DNA of 64,000 nucleotides, taken from positions 855,536 to 919,535 of the forward strand of contig NW_018407840.1 of NCBI RefSeq assembly GCF_002113885.1, given 5' to 3'. Both the position numbers and the translations under genes were made by a program. The notes under the pieces were generated by a model that worked only from the letters and a program-made list of their open reading frames with translations, searched no databases and was not told the origin of the DNA. Position 1 is the first letter of the stretch. Each line of letters starts with the position of its first letter. This DNA comes from Mizuhopecten yessoensis. Its lineage: Eukaryota. Below, in pieces: positions 14,501 to 25,600 of the stretch.

Positions 14501-15681
14501 ATGCTGCCACCACTTGTCCAAATTTTGTTTGGTGTTATAAAGGCTATTAGGGGTTTGGCAATAAATTGAGGGAAATGTATAAAAGAATTCTTGAGAAAAC
14601 AAGAAAAAGGGACATTGAGATATGTTTGTGGTAAGTGAGGTGGCAAATGAAACCAGGGGCTTTACGTCACTGTTTTAATGTATGGAAACTATTTAAAGTA
14701 AGAAGTGTGACCATAACCACTCCATTATGCCCTTTCTTTAACGTTAAATGATAAACCATTGTTAACTGGAGTTTTGCCAAAAAAAACACCGCTCAATGAC
14801 AATTAAGATGAGGATGTATGAAACAACGTTATCTAATGTTATCAATAAATGCCTCCCTGTTCTTCACACCATCTGCTCAAATATTCATCTATGGAAGAAC
14901 CCTCACATAAAAGTATGAGTCTCCTGATAAGGCCAAATGAAAACAATCCCTGTGTTTCCGCTAATCGTACCTACCCTAGATTTTTGTGCCTACTCTAAAG
15001 TTTTTATTGACATTTAGAGATATGCACTGTTATAGTCAGAACTCCTGATCTATATTAGCATAGTAAAAATATTTATCAAAATAAAATTAAAAAAATATTA
15101 GGATGATGGAGGAAACACAAGAATTTGTTTTTTGTAGCCTAAGAACAATTTAGAGTGGTAGATAAACAAAAAGCTGTTCAAGAGTAGGCCTAGAGTAGAC
15201 AAGGTCAGTTGACAGGTCATTTTCATTGAAACAGGTAGAAAGGAACATTTATTTGGAGGGGAAGGTCTATTTCAGTAACAACAGCTGGTAAATACTGCTG
15301 GTCAGTACATATGATTAAACACCCTTTAATGACCTTAGTTGTTAATAGGAAGTTAAACAAAATAAAACCAAACATTGGATCAGAAATTCAATGGTTCTCT
15401 AATGTTTTCTCATTTTGATCTTGAAAACAAAGTTAAATTTTACTTCATCAGCTAATACATTTCTTGAATGCAAAGTAACTTTGATGAAAGTGAATTTTTT
15501 TCATTACACTGTATCAAATTCAATGATACAAAAATTGATAAATTATTTCTTTCTACAGGTAAATTTTACTTTGGAGGAGTCTTTTAAGGTATATGAAGAA
15601 ATGAACAACCTTTACAAAGGGTTCAAGGAGAAGTACAAGAGTCTGGATAAATGCGACAAAAGAAAGCATCTGGTGACCTAG
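2591..15681 (+). CDS. HSD17B7: 3-keto-steroid reductase / 17-beta-hydroxysteroid dehydrogenase 7 (SDR family), 10 coding exons, ~342 aa
   Basis: Exons 2591-2631, 4531-4734, 5426-5518, 6207-6321, 8689-8804, 9895-9970, 10550-10654, 12157-12213, 12929-13027, 15559-15681; all GT-AG, phases consistent, total 1029 nt. Translation MGGGKVALITGANAGIGLTLAERLL...LHLCLACRN...IDYLYLNAG...FATNTFGHFVLVKELE...QIIWTSS...DPYGSTK...TCPGLVLTNMTNGIL shows the TGxxxGIG cofactor motif, NAG and catalytic YxxxK, and is colinear with vertebrate HSD17B7 as recalled. Confidence 0.95.
3205..3290 (+). repeat. tRNA-derived dispersed repeat (not a functional tRNA)
   Basis: TTTAGCTTAGTGGTAGAGCG...GAGGGTTAGAAC; inverted copies at 40870-40952 and 59668-59773 share the upstream leader GAGRGAATTYCCTTTAGCT. 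Confidence 0.55.
5717..5807. mobile_element. ~85-bp TTAA-flanked MITE (piggyBac-like target site)
   Basis: TTAA-CTCATTCAYCCCTG...CAGGGGWGRATGAG-TTAA; further copies at 47312-47406, 50515-50605, 55969-56059 and a relative at 48730-48817. Confidence 0.75.
6066..6230 (+). repeat. 47-bp tandem repeat spanning the HSD17B7 exon-4 acceptor (3.5 copies)
   Basis: Units start 6066, 6113, 6160, 6207: GAACACCTTGTTTTTTATAACACGGGATAACTTTATCTGATTTTCAG. Confidence 0.9.
6750..8474 (+). mobile_element. Non-autonomous Helentron-type element (HINE/DINE-like) with internal 156-bp tandem array
   Basis: 5' TTTTAGCCCACC...GGTGGGCTA inverted repeat, (GTCC)n microsatellite, ~8.7 copies of a 156-bp unit (starts 6825, 6981, 7137, 7293, 7449, 7605, 7761, 7917, 8072), 3' subTIR GGTGGGC plus hairpin AGATCCC-TCT-GGGATCT ending CTTGTT; T-rich insertion site. 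Confidence 0.85.
9079..9350. mobile_element. MITE with long TIRs (GG[A/G]YCCGTATTCATGAA...; PIF/Harbinger-like)
   Basis: ~60-bp terminal inverted repeats. A second, diverged copy lies at ~22823-23090 and a right-end fragment at ~3505-3580. Confidence 0.7.
10234..10412. repeat. ~37-bp minisatellite (~5 copies)
   Basis: Recurrent TAAAGTCAAGGTCACTGTTGCTCAAGATAGACA. Confidence 0.8.
10914..11809 (+). mobile_element. Second HINE-type element with 145-bp tandem units (contains assembly gap)
   Basis: 5' TTTAGCTCACCTGG...CCAAGTGAGCT, GTCC/GTC repeats, units at 11004/11149/11294, N-run 11417-11433, 3' CAGGTGAGCG plus AGGCCC-TCTT-GGGCCT hairpin and CTTGTT. Confidence 0.85.
12556..12750. repeat. 21-bp minisatellite
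   Basis: TTTTGTCTAATAGAGCATACA repeated with interruptions. Confidence 0.8.
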
Positions 15682-17048
15682 ATATACACAATTACATTGT
15701 CTCAAGATCTTCGATTAAATTGATCCTACCTCATTTGTGTTACGGAGAAATTGTCATCACAGGTTTTAACTTTCGTCTTTTTCGCCATCCATAATTACAA
15801 GGAATTTTACATGATAACGAATATAAGTACATTGTAATCTATATAACTAATTACATCTGAAGGGCAAAATCAACACTGAGCAAATATCGATTTTACCAAG
15901 TTGAATCTTTGAAGGAACTGTGCTGTGATACATAGTGTGTTATTCATTTTGAAATGTTGTATTGATAAGGTGCTGTAACTAATTAGATATTGTATTTATA
16001 TAGAATCTAGTAATATACCAGTTAATGAGATAATATGAGACATCCACTTAGCCAAATGCTTTCAGTTTCAATAGATGTAAATTAAATGGGGACTGACATT
16101 TCATTAATAGCAAACTTGCCAACTCTCCCTATTTTGGAGGGAGACTCCCATTATTGGACCCTAAATCTGAACAGTTGAAATCAGTAAACTTGCTAAACTA
16201 TTTGTATATTCTAAGAACTAACAATTTTATCTGAACGAACAACTCAAAACATGCCAATCTAAAGTGTTATTTTGCCAGCAGTGGCTATTTTCACATATAT
16301 TCTATTTATATTTTTGATTCTGAGCATGCAGAATCTAGATCTTCCTCATCGGAAATTTCAAAACGTTGGCTAGTATGTAATAACTTAGAGGTTAAGGAAT
16401 GTAAACTGCAAGCATTACTGCTAGACAACTGATGATAGTCATACAAAGATAGACCTGGTACTATAGGTTGGTACTTGCTTTATTCACTTTAACAAAAGAT
16501 GGTGCCAAATGAAAAACCCAGCAAATATTAACACCATTTATTGCTGAATAATGATGATAAAATAACAGTTTAATATTGTATTTTGCTATATTTTCGAAAA
16601 ACGATTGTAAAATAAATCTCATCATACGAAGATCAAAGTGATCTCTCGGGTACGATACTTTTTCCTGGCCATGTTTTGCGAAATTTAATCCCGATGAAGT
16701 AGTTCTGATCAGAACACAACCGTGAAATGTTAGCCTGGCAAAATATAAACCACTATCAGTATACCATGTACTTCGCTTTTACTGGTAAAAATGTAGACAG
16801 TCAATAATTAAGTTTTATTAATGATTAAAAGATTAAATAAATATATGATAACTCAAGAGGAGAATTGCCTAATCTTAACAAGCATCAGTATGATATTTAA
16901 GATTTTGCCAAATATAACAACTGGAAAGGAAATCTTTTGTCTTTAAAGGTTGATAAAATCTCTTGCTTCCATTTATACTAATTTGTTGTAAAATATAAAA
17001 TCATCTATGTAAAACCTTGTTTTGTCATTGTATTGATATCTTTATTTA

Positions 17049-17054
17049 AATAAA
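17049..17054 (+). promoter_or_regulatory. Candidate polyadenylation signal of HSD17B7
   Basis: AATAAA followed by GT/T-rich sequence ~1.4 kb after the stop; alternatives at 16611 and 16835. Confidence 0.3.
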
Positions 17055-19616
17055 AATAGAAGAAAACTATTTCCAAAATGTGTCTTTCATCCAATTGGAG
17101 AACATTATAGAAATCATGTTAAACTTTGTTAGTTTCTGATGTTTTAGTATATTCTGTTATTTTCATTAAAGTGCTGTCTTGTCTGTCTAGTGTAAGCATG
17201 ATTTCTACATTTAGAAACGAAACATATTTATGCTCACTTAAATGATCTGACTTTGCATATGACAAAGTTGTACATTTGCTAAATATGATGAAATTATATT
17301 TTGATTGTCAAAACTTTATTCTTGTGAATCCATATCTGTTGTTTGTTTTTGTGTAGATAATTGGTCTGATTCTAAATACAATTAACTTCATTTGTATTGG
17401 ACTTAATTTATTTGTCAAATGAAATGAAACAGTTATATTTGGTTGATGAGCTTGATGTTTTGAGCTTTGGCTCGCCTGTCTTCCACAATTGGCCAGAATG
17501 AATGGAGATATTTTACTTTGAAAGTCAAATGCCATGAAATTCATTTCGGCCAAGCTTCATTACTTTCCATAGTAATACATTCATTTTTTGTTAACAGTTT
17601 AAATATACATTGTCTAGAATAATATAATTTTAAGATGAACAGTTTGTCCAGTAAAATGATACATGTATTTTAATTTTACTTTACCACAGGGACTCTTAAA
17701 AAAATATTTTATACGAAACCATTACTTTTGTTATTTAAATGGAAATAATTTGATCATTAAATGGAAACAGTTTGATTGAATGTGTTTTGTTTTGTATACC
17801 AAAATAAATGTGTGTATTGAATTTTGATCCAAATGGCAATGGTGCTCCATGTCTGTCAGCTATCAGCTTTAATGGACTACTATAGTCCATAGCATCTAAA
17901 TGTATTTCAAGTAAATTTGGCATACATTCTAGAACAAGAGAACTAAACGTGGTATAAATGAAGGGTGCTTCCCACCACCAAAATATTACGGCAGCAAGAT
18001 TGTGTCCGAACAGATATTTAAAAGACTATTCCTCAAGTACAGATGAAAGGAATTTACCTAAATCTGGCATGGATCATCTCTGAGCCAAGAAATTCCAACG
18101 TTGTATAAATGAAGAGTGTGGACCCCTTTAGACAGAGGCAGGGCATCTAAGCGTAATTACCTCCTTGTGATAGTGCTGATTTGATGCCGACTTTATAGTG
18201 CTATCTCACTGAAATACCATGCCGAAGGCACTCGGCACAGCATTCCTCGCTTTTGTGTCCCAAAATAAAGGACACAAAAACAAATCGCCAATTCTACAAG
18301 GGGTTCCCACATTTGTCGCCTCTTATGATACATGCTGTGGGTAACAGCAGGTGCATTCTTTTCTCAATCCCCCACCAGCAGGGGTGTTCGTCGGGAGAGA
18401 CCTAGTTCTAAGGAACTAAACATTGCATTATTAAACCAGGCCAGTTTCCATTGAGACAAAAGAACTGCGTCAAACATGGGAAATTTTGTAGAAATCATTG
18501 AAAAGACTACTTCGGTAGGAAGAAGTGATTTTAATTTAATTTGGTCTGGAGCGAAAATCTATGTATTCATTAATGAATGATGTAGCCCACTTGTGATCAG
18601 AAGGTTGCTCCCAATTCGACTTCTTAAATACGGGTAAAGGAATTTTAACCTGATTGGGCGTAAATTACCATTTGTCAAGAGGACTAACTGTTGTATAAAC
18701 GGAGCATCTTCTTAAGAGGCGATAAGCGAATTTTGGCAATTAAGTCCCCAAAATGAAGTTTGGTAACTTGTATAACACCGCTTCTTCTTCTTCACCTCGC
18801 CGTAAACTTGTGAGCCGCTCATTTTCTCGCAAACAACAAGTCAGATTCAGATAAAACTTAAATCTCATGATAGTTGGAGCACATACCTAGATCGGCATCA
18901 TTTTTTTATTTTTATTTTTTTTATTTTGTTGCGGCTGCGCATCCAAGATGTCCGCCACAGCATTTGGTCGCATGGTGGTCCACTGTTTTCTCGAAAACTA
19001 CTTGACAGATTTCGGTGAAACTTCACAAGAGTATCGACCATGCGTAGAGTTACCACATTTTTGTATATGACAACTGCGCATACAGGTTGGCCGCCGCAGC
19101 CTCTGATTGGTCGAAATTTATATATTGCATGACCTATTTCTGTAAATTTTCGTTTGTAGGAATATGATGCCTTTACAAGCAATACATTTGTATCGACTCT
19201 TCTTATTTAAAAAATGTTCTTTATATACTAATTGGTACAAAAATATTTAGCTGCCGAAGTGTCGAGAACCTTAATACCAACAACATTCGGATGAACTTTG
19301 GATGTTGTTCAAATATATGTTTTGTCATATAATATACACAGCTTTGAATAACTAGTAAAATCCATGATATTTTTACATGCAATATTTATTGCAAAGTTTC
19401 ACAGCTGATCCACTCAATTCACTTGAATCGGTCAAATGTTTTGATTTTGTTGTGGATTTGTTAATGTTATCAGTAATTCATGTTATATTCATCTAACTAA
19501 TCGGTCGGCTGTGGACCGACCGAGCTGTGCACGTTTAACTTGACCGCTGTTATCTATAATAGATCTTATATTCCTTACACCTGTTTCGGACTACACATTC
19601 ACAAGACGGGTTGGCA

Positions 19617-22600
19617 AGTAAGTTTCCAAGAGAATTAATATTGTCGACAATAATCAGAGCTGGTATTTCATATTATATTTTGAATTATTTCTATACTCGT
19701 ATGTCCTGTTTATATTATTAGATTTATTCTCTTTGCATGGATTTAGGGTTCAACACGCCCCCTTGAAGGCAGTATAATCACACTAAATTCTAACCACTTG
19801 ATAAGTCCTAATTAAAGACCCCAAATCGAATATTAGAATTCAGATATAAGAATTTTGATTTATTGAACTTGTGTTTTAGCTATTAAAATGGTGTATAGCG
19901 ACCTTAACTTGGTCAATAAGGCATTGGGCTAATGTAACGTCTTAATCAAAATAGTTCACAATAATTTAACATGTAAATCATTTTGCAACCTAAATAAATG
20001 CAAAGAAATGACGTATTATCTAAAGATCATTTATATACATTAGTCATGCGCAGCTTAATTTTTCCGTTTTTCCTTATTCTAGTCGCAAATCTAGTTTGGT
20101 TGATTTTGCCATACAGAAGCAGTAAAATCATAGTTAACTTCCCCTGTAATATGTTTCAGCAAAATGACAATAAGAAATCGAAAGCTAAGTAACCGAGATT
20201 TATAAATGAACTTCAGATGATTTGAGTTAGATTTGTTATAAAATTTTATAAGTCTATTTTGTCTAGCATCGATAAGTAAACATTTTCTTCACGGTAACAT
20301 GAACTTACATGTTTACATTTATATACCGGTTAAACACGTCACTGTAACATTTAATTTCCCTATAGCTATTGTTGTTCCAAAGAATCTCAAACAAATCGAT
20401 TAGAAGCGGTATACTTCTACAGCTAGTAAAAGAGAACTCAATCTCCGCTTAACCTTTGTTTCTAAGAGGACTTTTCGATAGTATGTCATTTCACTACTGC
20501 ACATATAATGAGGTTAATGGTACCAAATGCCATAAGATTGATATAAACTCACATCACATGATTGTAGATGTGAACCAGTTTCTAAGTACTCGTTCAGTTT
20601 AAACAGTGTTTTATTCAATAATCAAGCAAGGTCATTATTTACATGCAATTTCAGAGGCCTTGACATAAGATATTATGTCAGGGCCTCTGAAATTGCATGT
20701 AATATCTGTGCCAGTATTCAACAGGTAGGAGGCGAATAATATCTTTTATTGTGACAGACACTGAAATAACCCAGTTTTAAATGGATGATTTTGACAACCT
20801 TAACGTAAATTTTGTTTTTCATAAGTGGCTTTAATCATACCTGTTTTTGGATTGCTGTTTGGCTTCATCTGCTCAGGTAGGTTATCAATATGTACTTGAT
20901 TAACATTCAACGTCTGTTGCAATTGTAGTTGCTGCTTTTTCCCATGTGTTTTTGCAATCTGAAATAATAAGTGTAAATCAATCTGAATATTTTCAAAGAC
21001 ATGTCTGATAACATACAATTAATTTAACCCTGTTAACTAACCAAAGTTTTTTTTTAATCATGAATACAATGGAATATCGATATCCAGATAGACAGGAAGT
21101 CGGTCAAGAAATGATGTCGTATTTTTACCAGTAGTCCTCTTCTTGAGATTCATAAAAGTAAGGATTTTTACGCACACGCCCTTCTGTATCAACAGTAGTT
21201 CAAATCAATTTGGAATTCCAAACTAATCGTTCCTAGCAACAACGAAGAGTTCAGAAGGACGACATAACTGGACGGTTCAACGAAATTCATTTCTATTGCC
21301 AAATGTTAAAGGTGCAGCTCGATGTGTGCATCTTTGGTTCATCTTTTATTGAAACGCATCTGTTTAGGCAGTTATAATTCATTCACATTTTATAAACAGA
21401 TACGATGTCTACCATTGTTTTGATTTGGAACAGTTATTATTATATGTGTTAACCGTTGTTCTGATTTGGAACAGTTATTATTATATATGTTAACCGTTGT
21501 TCTGATTTGGAACAGTTATTATTATGTATGTTAACCGTTGTTCTGATTTGGAACAGTTATTATAATATATGTCTACCATTGTTCTGATTTGGAACAGTTC
21601 TTATTATATATGTTTACCATTGGTCTGATTTGGAACAGTTATTATTATATATGTTTACCGTTGTTCTGATTTGGAACAGTTATTATTATATATGTTAACC
21701 GTTGTTCTGATTTCGAACAGTTATTATAATATACGTCTACCATTGTTCTGATTTGGAACAGTTAATATTATATATGTTTACCGTTGTTTTGATTAGGAAC
21801 AGTTAGTATTATATATGTTTACCATTGGTCTGATTTGGAACAGTTATTATTATGTATGTTAACCGTTGTTCTGATTTGGAACAGTTATCATTATATATGT
21901 TAACTGTTGTTCTGATTTGGAACAGTTATTATTATATGTGTTTACCATTGTTATGATTTGGAACAGTTATTATTATATGTGTCTACCATTGTTCTGATTT
22001 TGAACAGTTATTATTATATATGTTTACCGTTGTTTTGATTTGGAACAGTTATTATTATATATGTTTACCGTTGTTCTGATTTGGAACAGTTATTATAATA
22101 TGTGTCTACCATTGTTCTGATTTGGAACAGTTATTATTATATATGTTTACCGTTGTTTTGATTTGGAACAGTTATTATAATATACGTCTACCATTGTTCT
22201 GATTTGGAACAGTTAATATTATATATGTTTACCGTTGTTTTGATTAGGAACAGTTAGTATTATATATGTTTACCATTACCCTTTAGTATCTACAGCTGGT
22301 CCGCAGTGCTTTGCCTGTTCATCAATTTCTGCGCTGGAGTTTTGTGATCATTCTACACAGTGTGCAACAGGAGAGGTAACGTTATTGTACCATCTTGTTT
22401 TCCATAATGTTCACATTACATGCGGTTGAAACGCCGTTTTCTCCTGGAAAATCCTTTTTTTTTCATCTGTTCCATTCTTCCATTTCTGACATCTTTTTTT
22501 GTTTTTATTGAGTCATCTGTTCACACTGTTCTCGTCTTTTGTACCGATTTTGGTTTTGGAATTTTCCATGTGAATCTGAGGACGTGGAACATTTAATTTT

Positions 22601-25600
22601 CTGCTTTGCTTTTCCGCAGTTAACAATGTGATATAGCCTCTGTTAATCAACCAAAATGTTTGTATGGTCAGAAGAGTAAACGAAATATCGAGCGGAACGT
22701 TAAACTAATGGTATTAAAATATGCCAATGGTGAATTTGATATATGTTGGAGGTTTGGGAGGTGGCTAACAAAACGTGACAAGTTGTGAAGGGGTTTAACT
22801 AGTAGTACGTCATAGTATCATCGGAGCCCGTATTCAGGAAACCGTTCTCATGCTCAAGAATGATTTCTGTGCTCAGGCCGACTTTCTTGTAACTCACTTA
22901 AATAATTGACCACGGTCAAAATGTTAAGTGTGAACGTTGAAACAGTAAAAGGCTCAAAGTCTTTCCAATTTTCTTGCATATCATTGACAAAAAGACAAGA
23001 TATGATTTTTTTACAATTTATCACTGTCAAAATGAATTGGGCTTGGACACATTATCTTGGTTTGAGCACGAGAATGGTCTCATGAATATATACAGATTAA
23101 GGCTTCTTTTTACAGATTCTTTAAACCTAATATGACATTGTCAGTAGTTTGGAATTTCCCCCGACACAAATTCAAATAACCTAATTTCTACGTTGGAAAT
23201 GCAAACAATAATAACAAAATATAACTAGATAATTACACACAATTTTGTTTATGCTGCGCCCCAGTTCACTACCAAATAATGCATAAATGTTGTCAAACAA
23301 TATTAACGATCATTCGGGAAGTATTGGAAGACACACTTTGATTAGTCAAAGTAATGAAATTATTATTCATGCACAACATAGCGTCAACAAGCTCGGAACT
23401 AAAAAAGAGAAGCAATTACAACAAATTCAGTAAAATGAGAAATATAACGCGAGTCTCCACAGAAAAGATTAAAACAATAACCAAAACAACTCAATCAAGA
23501 AATTACAAAACAAAAATCACCAAACATATTTTTAGGGACAAATTTCGGAGTGCATTTGAGTGGTGAAATAAAATGTAAGGATCGGAGGCAAAAACTGGGG
23601 TAGTTCGGGGTACTTGAAACATACAGGGTTTGGCCCTTAATACCGTAAACAGTTGTATCTTGATTCTTGTCGTTGTAAGATGTTTGCAAGTGATCAGTTT
23701 TACTTTGGTTGATATAGATTATATATCATCAAATTTGACTTGACTTTTTGTTTGTATCTCAGAAATGCTACATACATAAGACACGTACACACAACGGTCA
23801 CGACCAGTACACGTCCGGGTGTATCAGCAACCAGGTATGTCACGTATATAATGAGGGTGAACAGTGTTTATATTGAACTGTTTTCTTCTGGCATTCATAG
23901 TCAATATAAATGCGAACTGGAACGAGACAAGTTCCATAAAGTCCACAAGCGCTTCATTTTGAACTTGTTACGATCTAGTTGACATGCATAGCTTCTTTAG
24001 TCTACATACCAAAAAACAGAGATAGTCTACATCTCAATATATTGATAATCTACACACTTATAAAACAATTAAATAGATAATGTTTCAGAAATTTTTCAGT
24101 CCGGGAACTCGCTCAATATTTTTGGTAAGTGTGTGCGTTATTGTTTATAATAGCTTGAATGTACCAAATGTTACATTTTTGAACGAGGTTGATTTATTTG
24201 CGAAGTTGTTTGGGTACACCTTTTTCTTGTTTGACTCTTTCGTTCGAACATTTGTGGTTATTTTTGTTTTCACAGAGTTGCTCCCTGGGCCAAACTTTTC
24301 ATGGATTATCGCCATACGGACAGGTGACTTGTGTAGAGTGTTGTGACGGAGACATGTGTAACAACCAGGGCTGTGGGGATACGGGTTCGTAATTTTATTC
24401 GTTATGTTTTTAAAAACATGAATTTCTTCTTATGTCGTTCATTAAAGGACAACAGCTTTTTTTTCAGGCTCAATTGTTAATCAACCTGTTAATTAAAATA
24501 TTTCGCCTCTGCGTTTGGTTCAAATCTGTATGATAAATTTCGGTAGGTTGGGTAATGGCGCCCTTTGACTTTGCGCTCTAAATTACGAACATTCAGCCGC
24601 TATGTAGCACAATAGCAGGTGCTTAAACTACAAGCAGTTTGCATTAAAATCTAGGTGTCAGGCTGTGAGATTTTTTTCTATTTATCAATAAACAATCTTA
24701 TTATTCAAACAATTTAATGGAATGTATTTTATATTGTCTAGGAATTCGACGCAACAAATTGTTACGAGGCATTTGGCGATAAATATATTTAATAGCGTCC
24801 AAGATTGACGACCTCAGATTATTTCTTTCTTCTGCTCAGAGATTAACTCACTGTATTTATATCATGATATATTTATTTTCATCCTCCTCGAACGTGTTTG
24901 ACGTAAAACGTTCTCTGACGAAATATTAATTCTTGTTTAAGGATAGTCTTTGGCATTGATTAAAAGGAAATGAAATTCAAATGATATTTTCATGCGGTTA
25001 ATACTTGATTCTTACATCCTGAGAAAACACGTTGATTTATCTTGGACTGCTTTTCATGTTACTTATACAATCGTTTTAAATATTGCCTAGATCATGTCCT
25101 TAATTCTTATATTAATCGAAACTTAAATCCACGGTTGTTTCAATGTTTGCGATTTTACACACACCTCAGTAATCACCCTAATAAACAATGACCTTAGTCT
25201 ATGATGGTCTGTATTAATTATTTCTACTATGTATCCTTAATTTTTGGTCTGTGGGAGATTTACGGGTTTGTCGCATGACATCTCAACTCGAGCAAATTTT
25301 TAAAAGCCATACTCTGGTTTTATATTAGTGTATGTTAGTTTAGAGACCGTAACGTCTTAAATTGATTGGATGCAGTTAAAACCAGGTAAGATGTAAATTT
25401 GGTCTCAATGAGATTTTACATGTTCGTCACATGGCGTCTCCGATCATGCAAATTCTTAAAAGCCATACTCTTGTCTTATAATAGGATATATGAGTTTAGA
25501 TAACGAAACGTCTTCAACAGAATGAATGCAGTTTAATCCAGGTCAGATGTTTACAAACTGATCAATTGACGAGTCTTCTATCATTAAAGTTGAGATTTTT

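Noticed and set aside
16111-16377. hAT-like MITE in the HSD17B7 3' region (CAAACTTGCCAAC...GTTGGCTAGTATG)
   Set aside because: TIRs are imperfect and no 8-bp TSD is visible; probably an old element but too weak to call.
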